This document shows, piece after piece, positions 8,016 to 16,865 of a stretch of DNA of 22,964 nt (within the stretch, counting starts at the first letter, position 1; each line of letters begins with the position of its first letter). The stretch spans positions 1 to 22,964 of the forward strand of contig JAZBOO010000070.1 in assembly GCA_036351155.1 (NCBI GenBank), given 5' to 3'. The notes under the pieces are model-generated. The model saw nothing but the letters and a program-made list of their open reading frames with translations, was not told where the DNA came from and did no database searches. A program made the position numbers and the translations under genes. This DNA comes from Candidatus Krumholzibacteriia bacterium (GTDB taxonomy: Bacteria > Krumholzibacteriota > Krumholzibacteriia > LZORAL124-64-63).

Positions 8016-9215
8016 TTAGAGAATCATGCCCTCAGCTTCATCGTCGCAGACGGCCGTCCACCGCCCCTCGAAGAAGCCCCCAGGGTAGTCCGGCACACCG
8101 TGGGCGCGCCCGCCCAGCAGGCCCTCGATCTGACCCGATGAGCTGACCCACTCGCCCTGAAAAGCAGCCATCCGTACCTCATCTTCCGCAGGCTCCCAGG
8201 TGCCGCGCAGCATCCCGCGAATCCGTCCTTGCCGGTCGATGTACTTGCCCACGAACACCCGCTGTCCCTCGGCGCTCAATCCGTATCCGCCGCGCAGAAA
8301 GCCATGGATGCGCCCGGTCAGATCGACCCACAAGCCCGCGTAGGTTCCCAGCTGTTCGCCCTGGGCGGGATCGTCTTCACCCAGGGTTTCCTCTTCGCCA
8401 TCATTCGGCAACACCCGGAAGCGCCCCGACAGGAACCCCTTGGGACAATAATTGATGTCGCTCAGGGTAAAACCCGTCAGCTGGATCCGGTTGCCCAGGG
8501 TATCCACGTCGACCATCTCATCCAGTTCCGCCAGTTCTGACACCTCGTAGCTGCCCGCGAAAGGACCGGTGTTGATGTGGAGGCGGTTGGGTTCAGGGTT
8601 GTCCTCACTGTAGTCCTGGGGCCGCTCGATCACCTGCAGCAGCAGGCCATCGTGATGGCACCCGGTGTGGCTGACAAAGGCCACGGTCTGGCGATTCAGA
8701 CGAGGAAAGATCACCCGATCGGCAGGTCGCTCAAAAGCCAGCACCCGGCGCACCAGCACGATTCCCCGGTCGGTGTGAATCTCGCCGGTCCAGTCCAAAG
8801 ATCCGCAGTCGCCGCCCCGGGTCAAACTGTCGTCCGGACCGTGAACCATGCCCCAGCGCAGCCGCAAGAAGGTGAATCGGGGGCGGGTGGGATCGGCAGG
8901 ATCGGCCGGGTCGTCGCCCATGCTCTCCAGGGCCAGGACCTCCGCATCCTCGGCCAGGGGATCGGCGACCAGTTCGCCGTCCTCTTCCGCCAGCATCTGT
9001 TTCAGGGCCTCATCAGCGAAGGCCTCGGGCTCGTCGCTGAAGGTCAGTCCGCCAAACTCCTGGCTGAAGTCCAGCGTGGTATAGCTGTCGCGCCCCACCG
9101 CAGCATTGTCCAGGGGACTGGTGGTGTCTTCACTGCACCCGGTCAGGAACAGGGCCAGCACCAGCAGGCCTGCTCGCATCAAAGTGGGCAAGGGGGTGAT
9201 GGTATGTCGATTCAT
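8016..9215 (-). CDS. Hypothetical lipoprotein with C-terminal Gly/aromatic beta repeats
   Basis: Lipobox LTGC after a hydrophobic stretch; 399 aa; RBS GGGAGAG; repeated FxGxW...GxIxGxLxG units. Confidence 0.8.
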   Translation of the reverse strand: MNRHTITPLPTLMRAGLLVLALFLTGCSEDTTSPLDNAAVGRDSYTTLDFSQEFGGLTFSDEPEAFADEALKQMLAEEDGELVADPLAEDAEVLALESMGDDPADPADPTRPRFTFLRLRWGMVHGPDDSLTRGGDCGSLDWTGEIHTDRGIVLVRRVLAFERPADRVIFPRLNRQTVAFVSHTGCHHDGLLLQVIERPQDYSEDNPEPNRLHINTGPFAGSYEVSELAELDEMVDVDTLGNRIQLTGFTLSDINYCPKGFLSGRFRVLPNDGEEETLGEDDPAQGEQLGTYAGLWVDLTGRIHGFLRGGYGLSAEGQRVFVGKYIDRQGRIRGMLRGTWEPAEDEVRMAAFQGEWVSSSGQIEGLLGGRAHGVPDYPGGFFEGRWTAVCDDEAEGMIL

Positions 9216-9269
9216 GGATCTCTCCCGTCGAGGTGAGGTGGTGCCCTGGTCTGGTCAACAGGTCACCTC

Positions 9270-9286
9270 TGCAGGGAGAATGCCAA
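9270..9286 (-). promoter_or_regulatory. Candidate sigma54 (-24/-12) promoter for the lipoprotein gene
   Basis: Minus strand TTGGCATTCTCCCTGCA has exact GG-N10-GC spacing. An IHF-like GATCATATACTTA lies just upstream (~9315-9327). Confidence 0.55.
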
Positions 9287-9414
9287 CCGGCATACATATG
9301 TCTACATCATTGCAGATCATATACTTAGACAGATCCAGAAGATATCGAAAGGAGCGAAAGAGGACCCGAAGTGTACCTGGAGGGACACCGGGCGGGGGTT
9401 CGGGTACAGCCCGG

Positions 9415-9876
9415 TCAGGACCCGGCGAGGCGCTTCTTGACCTGGACCTTGACGGCCATCAGTTCCTGATGCCGCACCCCCAGCAGTGTCCCCATCTTGT
9501 GCATCAGGGCATCCTCGTGCGATTCCAGGACCCCATCGCTGAAGACCACCTCCCACAGCAGATCCAGGATGGCCAGCTTGCGGGGACGCGAATAGGTCTC
9601 GTTGAGCAGGCGGGAGAACCCGTAAAGATCCTCTTCCTGACGCCGCTGACTGTCCGCCAGGTCCAGCAGTTCCCGGGTCTGTTCCCGGTCGAGTCCGAAG
9701 CGCCGGCCCACCACGGTGTCGATGGTGTCTCGTTCCTCGGTGGTGAAATCCTCATCGGCATGGGCCACCTCGAGCAGCAGGACACAGGTGGCCACCTGCA
9801 GCTGACGCTCCTCGTCCAAACCCTCGGCCTGGGTTCCGATCTTGGCTTCGAAGAATTTGCTGATGGCGTCGAACAT
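9415..9876 (-). CDS. TerB family (tellurite resistance-like) protein
   Basis: LLLEVAHADEDFTTEE and LWEVVFSDGVLESHEDALMHK match the TerB duplicated ADG-like motifs. Start is ATG 9876 or GTG 9882. Confidence 0.85.
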   Translation of the reverse strand: MFDAISKFFEAKIGTQAEGLDEERQLQVATCVLLLEVAHADEDFTTEERDTIDTVVGRRFGLDREQTRELLDLADSQRRQEEDLYGFSRLLNETYSRPRKLAILDLLWEVVFSDGVLESHEDALMHKMGTLLGVRHQELMAVKVQVKKRLAGS

Positions 9877-9897
9877 GTTCACTCCGGAAGGATTGGG

Positions 9898-11079
9898 TCA
9901 GATAGGAATACGTGTCCAGGATTCACCGGGCAGGGTCAACACCTCGTAGGCAATGGTTCCCAGGTGATCCGCCAGCATCTCGGCGGTAATCTCTTCTTCG
10001 CCTTGTCGGCCCAGCAAGACGGCTTCATCTCCGGCCACCACCCCGGGAATATGGGTGATGTCCACCATGCACAGGTTCATGCAGATCCGACCGACCAGCG
10101 GGGCTCTCTTGCCCCCCAGCAGGACGTGACCACGCCCCGAAAGGGCGCGCGGCACGCCGTCGGAATAGCCGACCGGCAACACGGCCACCCTGGTGTCCGC
10201 CATGGCTTTCCAGCTGCGTCCGTAGCCCACTGTTTCCCCGGCGGGCACCGACCTCACCTGAGCCACCCTCACCTTCCAGGTCACCGCAGGCTTCAGCACG
10301 ATCTCCGGCCGGTTGAGCTGCCGGGCCGAGACCCGGGTTTCCCGACTGGGCCAGATCCCGTAGGCACTCACACCCACCCGGGCAATGCCGCCGTGGGTGC
10401 TGTCGAAAAGCAGGACCGCCGCACTGCAGCTCATGTGCAATTCGGGGGAAGAAAAACCCCCATCTTTCCAGATACGCTCGAAGGCGGAAAAACGTTCCAT
10501 CTGCCGGCGGGCAAAGCCGTGGTCGGTGGTGTCCTCGATGTCGGCGAAATGGCTGGACATGCCCACAGGCTGGACACGGGACAGGGAAGAAAGGATTTCC
10601 AGAGCCTCGCCCAGTTCCTTTTCCAGCAAGCCCTGACGGTTGACCCCGGTCTCCACCTTCAGGTGGACCTTGAGGGTCCTGCTCATCTGGGCTTCCAGCG
10701 CGCTCACCGCTTGCACGGCCGCTGCAGATCCCAGGGTCACCTCGACACCCAAAAGGGAGGCCACCACGGCCTCGGGACCGGTGACGGGCCCCAGCACGAT
10801 GATACGTGCCTCGATGCCGCCGTCACGCAATCGTCGGGCCTCGCTCAGGGAATGAACGCCCAGGATGTCCGCACCACCCTGGAGGAAAGCCCGGGCGGCA
10901 AGTAAAAGGCCGTGGCCATAGGCGTTCGCCTTGACCACGGCCAGTAGCTGTGTTGCCGGGTTCACCAGCCGTCGAAAAACGGCGATGTTCTCGGCCAGAA
11001 GAGCCGTGTCGACCTCGATGGACAGCCAGGGGCGGTCCTGGTCCAGGCCCAAGGGGGCCGACCCATCCGGGGATTTCAT
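9898..11079 (-). CDS. alr: Alanine racemase
   Basis: PLP-lysine motif AVVKANAYGHG, plus HLKVETGVNRQG, VGYG, PVGYSDG and GRICMN. ATG at 11079 sits 1 nt after the fur stop. Confidence 0.95.
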   Translation of the reverse strand: MKSPDGSAPLGLDQDRPWLSIEVDTALLAENIAVFRRLVNPATQLLAVVKANAYGHGLLLAARAFLQGGADILGVHSLSEARRLRDGGIEARIIVLGPVTGPEAVVASLLGVEVTLGSAAAVQAVSALEAQMSRTLKVHLKVETGVNRQGLLEKELGEALEILSSLSRVQPVGMSSHFADIEDTTDHGFARRQMERFSAFERIWKDGGFSSPELHMSCSAAVLLFDSTHGGIARVGVSAYGIWPSRETRVSARQLNRPEIVLKPAVTWKVRVAQVRSVPAGETVGYGRSWKAMADTRVAVLPVGYSDGVPRALSGRGHVLLGGKRAPLVGRICMNLCMVDITHIPGVVAGDEAVLLGRQGEEEITAEMLADHLGTIAYEVLTLPGESWTRIPI

Positions 11080-11080
11080 C

Positions 11081-11587
11081 CTAGGCCTGGGCTCCCTTTT
11101 TCTTGGCGCGCACGGCACAGGCATCCTTGTCCTTGCAGGCGCCATAGAGTTCCAGGCGGTGGCGGTAGATCTCGAAGTTGTTCTCCTCCGCCAGCTGCTC
11201 CTGCAACGCCTCGAGACGAGGGTTGAAGAACTCCATGATCTGGCCACACTCCAGGCAGATCATGTGGTCGTGGTGTTCGACATCGGAGTGCCCCTCGTAA
11301 CGGGCCAGACCATCACCGAAGCGACGCTCCTCCACCAGACTGCTCTCCACCAGGAGGTGGAGGGTCCGGTAAACGGTCGCATAACCGATTCTCGGATTGA
11401 CCTTCTTGACCTCGATCAGCAGTTCTTCCACGGAAATGTGCCCGCGCAACCGGAAGAAGACAGAAACAATGGTGTTGCGCTGCCGGGTCGTCTTCAGGCC
11501 CTGTTCCTGAATGAAGCGGGCAAAGGCCGCCTCTTTCTCTTGCACCATCTTCTCGTCAACTTTGAGGTTGTTTTCGGAAGCAGCCAT
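11081..11587 (-). CDS. fur: Fur family transcriptional regulator
   Basis: GLKTTRQR, HISVEEL, IGYATVYRTLHLL, HHDHMICLECG and YGAC motifs. RBS GAGAGG before ATG 11587. The subfamily (Fur/Zur/PerR) is not certain. Confidence 0.9.
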   Translation of the reverse strand: MAASENNLKVDEKMVQEKEAAFARFIQEQGLKTTRQRNTIVSVFFRLRGHISVEELLIEVKKVNPRIGYATVYRTLHLLVESSLVEERRFGDGLARYEGHSDVEHHDHMICLECGQIMEFFNPRLEALQEQLAEENNFEIYRHRLELYGACKDKDACAVRAKKKGAQA

Positions 11588-11638
11588 TTTTATACCTCTC
11601 GGGCAGGTTGTGGCGCGGGAGACCCGGCCGGGCAATTC

Positions 11639-11657
11639 GATATTGAAAACTGTTTTC
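11639..11657. promoter_or_regulatory. Fur-box-like operator upstream of fur
   Basis: GATATTGAAAACTGTTTTC matches GATAATGATAATCATTATC at 13/19 and contains the palindrome GAAAAC-T-GTTTTC. A minus-strand TTGACA is at 11691-11696. Confidence 0.6.
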
Positions 11658-11731
11658 GTGATTCAAATAGATAATCGGGATGTGGTGACCTGTCAAGGTT
11701 CAGACCACCGATATTCAACCGGGCGGACGAA

Positions 11732-12553
11732 TTAATCGAAACGGATTTCCAGGGCCCGGGTGGAACCCGCGGGCAGGTACCAGAAGGCTTGCCCGTCGTG
11801 CAGAAGGTGCACATCCTGCCCCCGGAACAGGAAAGAACCCGTGTCAATGGTGGCATTCCAGTTGCGTCGCGAGCCCGCCAGACGGTACAGCCGGCCTGTT
11901 CCACTATCGGTCACCCACATGTACAGTCCATCCCAGGTCAACCCGAAGGGCGAATACCCCGGCGTCACCACGGACCTGGTGATCTCCTTGACCTCGGGAT
12001 CGAAGCGATCCACCCGACCGCTGTCCCGATCGGTCAGCCACAGAAAACGTCCATCCCAGCACATGCCCACCGGCCGGTGCCCGGGGGCGTCGAAGGCTTC
12101 CTCTACCCGCAAGGTGTCCGGTTCGATCTGATACAGGATGGAGGTGCCGTCACGAGCGTCGCCGCAGGACCACAGGAACTCACCGTCCCAGGCCAGGGTG
12201 CGGTCCAGAACTCCTGTGAAATCCTCCCGGCGCAGAACCTCTCCGGCCCGGTCCCGCAAAACCAGGACCACTTCCCGGTCACCGGATTCGGAAAGGGTGT
12301 CGGGAATGTCGCTCAGGACGGCCAGGGTATCAGGGCCCATCCAGGCCATGCCGGTGACGTTCCCCTGGACGCCAAGATCCAGCGTATCGACCACGGCAAA
12401 GGACAGTTCCAGTTCCTGGGCGTTCCTCTGACCCCAGGCGCGAGAGGTGCTGCCCGTCAGAATCAGAACCAGGAGCAAGACGGCCAGCCAGACCACCGTC
12501 AGGGTGCGCAGGGGACTCGATTCAGGGCGCTGTTTTCCGATACCTTTGTTCAT
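11732..12553 (-). CDS. Exported beta-propeller protein (YncE/NHL/glutaminyl-cyclase-like blades)
   Basis: N-terminal hydrophobic segment. Repeats LAWDGEFLW, MCWDGRFLW, LTWDGLYMW, LLHDGQAFW. Start overlaps the upstream kinase stop (TGATG). Confidence 0.75.
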   Translation of the reverse strand: MNKGIGKQRPESSPLRTLTVVWLAVLLLVLILTGSTSRAWGQRNAQELELSFAVVDTLDLGVQGNVTGMAWMGPDTLAVLSDIPDTLSESGDREVVLVLRDRAGEVLRREDFTGVLDRTLAWDGEFLWSCGDARDGTSILYQIEPDTLRVEEAFDAPGHRPVGMCWDGRFLWLTDRDSGRVDRFDPEVKEITRSVVTPGYSPFGLTWDGLYMWVTDSGTGRLYRLAGSRRNWNATIDTGSFLFRGQDVHLLHDGQAFWYLPAGSTRALEIRFD

Positions 12554-13695
12554 CAATCCTCGTTCTCCTGTCCCTGGCGCGCGGCACCCAGCACCTCGGC
12601 CCGGTTCAATATCTGGCGGATTTTCCCCACCGTGAGGGGTTTTTCTTCCGCAAAATCACAGCCATGGTCCAGAGCCCTGGCGGTGATATCCTCGCTGTCC
12701 CAACCGGTTACCAGGATCAGGACGATGTCCGGATCCTCATCCCGAAGATGCCTCGCAATTTCCAGGCCCGACATTCCCGGCAGATTCTGATCCAGGAAGG
12801 CCACGGTGTACTTGCCCGCCACGAACTCCTCGATGGCCTGGTCTCCCCCGGCCAGAACCTGAGGACGCCAGCCGATCTCCTCCAGCACTTCGCCCAGCAT
12901 ATCGGTGACCGCGGGGTCATCATCGACCACCAGGATATCCCGGGGCACCTTGGTATGTGCCGGCACCGGAGGGGTGGCTCGCACCGATGGTTCGACATCC
13001 TGGGCCCGAGGCATTTCCAGCCGGAACACAGCACCGCCTCCGGGCCCTCCCTGAGCTTCGGCCAGGGTCAGCTGGCCCCCGGCCTGTTCCAGGAGTTCCC
13101 GGCTGGTGGCCAGGCCCAGGCCCCGGCCTTCCTCACCGCTGCCGGTCACGCCCCACTCGAAAATACGGGCCTGCTGGTCCTGGGGAACTCCCGGACCGGT
13201 GTCGGCGCAATCCAGCACCACACGGGGCCCGGCGGTGGAGGCCTTCAAGAAAACCGTGCCCCCTGCGGGCATCACCGCCAGGGCATTGACCAGAAGATTG
13301 TTCAGAACTTCCCGGACCACCTGTCCCCGCACCGAGACCTGGACTTCCGGCCCCACCTCCACCACCAGCTTCCAGACCTGGGCGCCATCGTCATCGTCAG
13401 CCCCGGCCCAGGAAAGCCGACCCGGCGGCAGGATGAGATTGGTCGACTGCTCCACCAGAAAGCGCAGGTTGCTCGCCGGCACGGGCGCTTGCCCCACCCT
13501 TTCGTCCTGGGCCAGACGGGCCAGCATGGCCGCCGCATCGGTGGCCGCCAGCTCGATGGCCTGCAGATGGGGACGCCACCGGTGGTCATCACCCCGCTCC
13601 AGGAGCAAGCCGGCCCTTCCGGTGATGACCATCAGCATTTGCTTGATGTCATGCACCACTTTTCCGGTCGACCTGGGATTTCCGGATCTGGTCAA
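12553..13695 (-). CDS. Cytoplasmic hybrid histidine kinase/response regulator lacking a sensor domain
   Basis: H-box VVHDIKQML; N-box LNNLLVNA; G1 DTGPGV; F IFE; G2 GRGLGL. Receiver VVDDD...FLDQNLPGMSG...VTG...KP. Confidence 0.88.
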   Translation of the reverse strand: MTRSGNPRSTGKVVHDIKQMLMVITGRAGLLLERGDDHRWRPHLQAIELAATDAAAMLARLAQDERVGQAPVPASNLRFLVEQSTNLILPPGRLSWAGADDDDGAQVWKLVVEVGPEVQVSVRGQVVREVLNNLLVNALAVMPAGGTVFLKASTAGPRVVLDCADTGPGVPQDQQARIFEWGVTGSGEEGRGLGLATSRELLEQAGGQLTLAEAQGGPGGGAVFRLEMPRAQDVEPSVRATPPVPAHTKVPRDILVVDDDPAVTDMLGEVLEEIGWRPQVLAGGDQAIEEFVAGKYTVAFLDQNLPGMSGLEIARHLRDEDPDIVLILVTGWDSEDITARALDHGCDFAEEKPLTVGKIRQILNRAEVLGAARQGQENED

Positions 13696-13807
13696 GGTTC
13701 ACCCATGGGTTGGCGGCCTGAACATCCCCCGACCGCACGCGCACCTCGCCAGGCACACGTATGCCCCGCAGCGCAACGGCGATCACGACAGGGGAGATAA
13801 TTACATC

Positions 13808-14938
13808 TCAGGCGGGCGCACGCAAGGAAGCAAGCGGAAGCAATCGGTCGTCAGCTGAATTTTCTTCGGGGCGGCCCACCAGGGTCAGGTGCAAGGAAGG
13901 GCTTCGTCCCGGGCCGGTGACCACGGCCACGCGCCCCTGCAGTTGTTCCAGCACCTTCCGGGAAACCACGTATTCCAGAAGCAGGTTGATCTCGGCGGCG
14001 GTCCCCTGGCCGTCCGCACGGGTCAGGCCGGTGCGATTGACCTGGGCCGGGTCAGGTACGCCCCGCTCCTGGACGGCCGTCAGCGCCACCACCAGCTCCC
14101 GCGGCTGCTGAGGGTCTGGCTGAATCCGGACCTTCAGCTGCCCCTGGGGCGCTGTGTACTCCAGGACCCGGACCAGCTGTCCCAGCAAGACCTTCGGGAG
14201 AGCAGGATCCGTTTCCAGCGTCTTTTCGGCCGCGGCAGGGTCCAGTGAAACCAGGTGGCGGTCGGCCAGAGCTTCCACCAGGAAATCCACCGGGACCGTT
14301 TCCCAGCCACGCGACATCAGGCCCGCCTCGAGACTCATGAGGTCCTGGCTCCAGTCCACGGTCTGGTGCAGCCGCTTGATGTTGCGCAGGGCGATGTCCA
14401 GCATATCGCGTCCGCAACCCGAGGAGCCCGGCGCACCGGCCAGGGGAGCGTCCGGTTCCTCGCCCAGGCCTCCGAGTTCACCTTGCAGGACTTCGAGAGC
14501 GGTCTTGACTGCCGTCAGCGGGCTGCGAAGCTCATGCCCCAGGAAATCCAGGAACCCGTCCGGAGCGTTCTGCTCCGGGGCGCATCCTCTGCGCCGGGCC
14601 GCTTCGTCCAGGCTGGCCGCCAGGGCAAACTTCAAGTCGACGCCGTCGGGGCCGGCGCTGTTGACCGTCCGCCAGGCGCCCCGGGTAAGGAGGATTGACC
14701 CGGGGTGATCGCCCAGCAGAACCAGAGGTGCCGCCTTTTCCTGGCCGGCCGGATCAGGCCAGCCATGGCTATCGGCGGAGAGCGGCGGTCCCAGAATCAC
14801 GGCATCGCATTCCTCGAGAGTGGGCCACGCCTCCCGGGCCGAGAAAACGCGCTCGGCATACGTATGGCCCCACTGCCTGAGCAGCTGGGTCAACGATGCT
14901 TCCGCGCGCAAATCTCCACCTAGAATCACGTGGGACAC
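13808..14938 (-). CDS. Histidine kinase-like protein with intact H-box but degenerate ATPase domain and a degenerate receiver-like N-terminus
   Basis: RBS AAGGAGG then GTG at 14938. H-box FLGHELRSPLTAVK. The N/G1/G2 boxes are replaced, but C-terminal SRKVLEQLQGRVAV...HLTL retains the HATPase pattern. Confidence 0.75.
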   Translation of the reverse strand: MSHVILGGDLRAEASLTQLLRQWGHTYAERVFSAREAWPTLEECDAVILGPPLSADSHGWPDPAGQEKAAPLVLLGDHPGSILLTRGAWRTVNSAGPDGVDLKFALAASLDEAARRRGCAPEQNAPDGFLDFLGHELRSPLTAVKTALEVLQGELGGLGEEPDAPLAGAPGSSGCGRDMLDIALRNIKRLHQTVDWSQDLMSLEAGLMSRGWETVPVDFLVEALADRHLVSLDPAAAEKTLETDPALPKVLLGQLVRVLEYTAPQGQLKVRIQPDPQQPRELVVALTAVQERGVPDPAQVNRTGLTRADGQGTAAEINLLLEYVVSRKVLEQLQGRVAVVTGPGRSPSLHLTLVGRPEENSADDRLLPLASLRAPA

Positions 14939-14990
14939 CCTGTCCTCCTTCTGGCTGAATGCCGTGTTCGGCCTGTTCCACCTCGGGAAT

Positions 14991-15023
14991 CGCAAAGGGT
15001 ATGCCATCACCAATTCGTTGTTT
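14991..15023 (-). promoter_or_regulatory. Sigma54 promoter with adjacent IHF-like site
   Basis: Minus strand TGGCATACCCTTTGCG (14991-15006) closely matches TGGCAC-N5-TTGCW. AAACAACGAATTG (15011-15023) is one mismatch from WATCAANNNNTTR. Confidence 0.65.
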
Positions 15024-15210
15024 AACAGCAATTTATGCGGGTTTCCCGCATATCCGGAAAGTCACCACCGGGTCGGGTAAGAAAGGGAGAGGAATCATGG
15101 GGAAGCTTGAGGTGCGTGCGGTCATCCGGAGGAAATCTTCGCCCCGCCGGGGGAGTCCTGGCAAATTGCAAGGTCCGCGGCAAAGGTTGCCGCATTTCAC
15201 CCACCGAACG

Positions 15211-16110
15211 TCAGGGGCCGGCCGCTTCTTCGGCTTCTTCGGCTTCAGAGGCCGGGCGTCGGCCCTCACTGTCGAATCGCCAGGACAGGGAAAAATACCA
15301 GAGAGCGGGGCGATGTTCACTGCCGCTCAGATCCCGCGCCACCTTGACGCCGACCGAGCCGTCATCCGTCCAGGGAAACCAGGTTTGCAGCCCCACCACT
15401 TCCGACTTGCGACTGTCCAGGTTCTTGAGGTCGTAGGTCAGACTGGCCCGGGCACCACGGCCGCGGTACCAGTTGAACACCGCGCCCAGCTGCCAGCCGT
15501 CGGGAAACGCCGTGGAGTTCAAGAGATCCTTGCCCGAATCCATGTTCATCAGATAGGTCCCCGTCAATCCCAGCTGGGTGCGCGGGCCGAGGTCCACCCA
15601 TCGTCGGGCGGCCAGCCGAAAAGGCAAGCTGACCGAGGCGAAAGGATACAGTCGATCCGTCCCCACCGGCAGCCCCAGGGCCACGCCATAGTGCCAGTGG
15701 GAAATCCCCCCGATGGCCAGCGGCCCGGTGGCTCCGATCTCGGGCTGACCAAAACTGGTGATGGTGGTTTCGGTACTCCAGACGAAATCCTCCTCCTCCC
15801 CACGGATTTCCGGCCAGCGAGCCACCGCTCCTCGGCCTCCGGTGTCGAACGAGAGGTGGGACATGCGCAGGAAAAAGACCGAACGCTCTCCGCCGGGAAG
15901 AATGGCGCACACATGAAGGCGATTGACGGTCCAGTCTTGATCGGGGTCGATGAAGCGGTCAACTTCCGCCACCATGGCCAGCCGGGAGGTGGAATCGGCG
16001 GCGGCGAACCAGGGGATGTCGTCGAGGAGAGTGATCTGAGCGCAGGCCGTGGTCACCCCGAGGCTGAACCCCAGGGTCGTCAGAAGCAAGACTCGACTCA
16101 AAGAACTCAA
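15211..16110 (-). CDS. Hypothetical exported protein, possibly an outer-membrane beta-barrel
   Basis: TTG start overlaps the upstream stop (TTGA). Signal-like LSRVLLLTTLGFSLGVTTACA. Alternating amphipathic strands, with WYFSLSWRF near the end. Confidence 0.6.
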   Translation of the reverse strand: MSSLSRVLLLTTLGFSLGVTTACAQITLLDDIPWFAAADSTSRLAMVAEVDRFIDPDQDWTVNRLHVCAILPGGERSVFFLRMSHLSFDTGGRGAVARWPEIRGEEEDFVWSTETTITSFGQPEIGATGPLAIGGISHWHYGVALGLPVGTDRLYPFASVSLPFRLAARRWVDLGPRTQLGLTGTYLMNMDSGKDLLNSTAFPDGWQLGAVFNWYRGRGARASLTYDLKNLDSRKSEVVGLQTWFPWTDDGSVGVKVARDLSGSEHRPALWYFSLSWRFDSEGRRPASEAEEAEEAAGP

Positions 16111-16829
16111 CGGGGAGCCTGTTCGATCAGACGCACCACACCGGCCTCCTCGAAGTAAACCTTCACCGCCCGGCGCCCGCCGGGCAGATTCTCCTTGGCC
16201 ACGACAACACCACAGTCGTCCCAGGCCAGGTGGACAATACACTGGCCGACCTCATAGGTTCCCCAGGGGCGGTAGGGAGATGCGCCGGCAGGATCTATCT
16301 CGGCCAGCAGGGCGGCGTATTCGTGGATGGGATCGGCACTGGGGGGCGCCCCTTCTTCCTCGGGAGTCGAATCCTCGGCATCCTCCACCTCATCGGCGTC
16401 ATCGGCCACGCCCAGGTCCACAGGAAGATCCTCGAGGCCCAGATCGGCCACCTCCGGCGGAAGGTCCGTGACCAGGGATTGTCCGGAAGTGGAGGGGTCT
16501 TTCTTCTTGGCCATTTCGGCCATCATGTCGGCAGGGCTGTCCCAGCGCATGTCCTCCTGGTCGGAGGCAGGACCCGGTGCGGTGTCCTGGTCCGCAGAGG
16601 ACCTGGAGATCTCGGGCGATTTCGTTTCGGCCTGTTCCTCCGGTTCGTCCTTCGGATCACCCCCGCTCAGCTTGGGCAGGAAGCCCTGGCACTGAGGGCA
16701 CCGGAACCAGATCACGCCATCGTCGTCGTCCCCGTCACCTGTGGGCACCACGACCATATCCAGCCATTCCTTGCAGACAGAACAAAACTGTCTGGACTTA
16801 ACGTTGGCGTTCACCGTAACTCCAGGCAT
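16107..16829 (-). CDS. Hypothetical protein: N-terminal zinc ribbon, acidic linker, C-terminal Tudor/CarD-like small domain
   Basis: CSVC...CPQC at the N-terminus, a D/E-rich middle, and C-terminal YRPWGTYEVGQCIVHLAWDDCGVVVAKE...VKVYFEEAG. Confidence 0.7.
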   Translation of the reverse strand: MPGVTVNANVKSRQFCSVCKEWLDMVVVPTGDGDDDDGVIWFRCPQCQGFLPKLSGGDPKDEPEEQAETKSPEISRSSADQDTAPGPASDQEDMRWDSPADMMAEMAKKKDPSTSGQSLVTDLPPEVADLGLEDLPVDLGVADDADEVEDAEDSTPEEEGAPPSADPIHEYAALLAEIDPAGASPYRPWGTYEVGQCIVHLAWDDCGVVVAKENLPGGRRAVKVYFEEAGVVRLIEQAPR

Positions 16830-16865
16830 CTGCGTTGGTGTGTCATCACGTGCAACGAAGCAGGA

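Noticed and set aside
9106..10905. Long + strand ORFs (599, 539, 537, 490 aa etc.)
   Set aside because: They are antisense or alternate-frame shadows of well-supported genes, typical of high-GC DNA, with no motifs.
11080..11247. N-terminal extension of alr in the ORF track
   Set aside because: It overlaps fur. The ATG at 11079 gives a normal-length enzyme.
13696..13807. Frameshift joining the two kinase-like genes
   Set aside because: Each has its own H-box, in-frame stops separate them, and no slippery site is evident.
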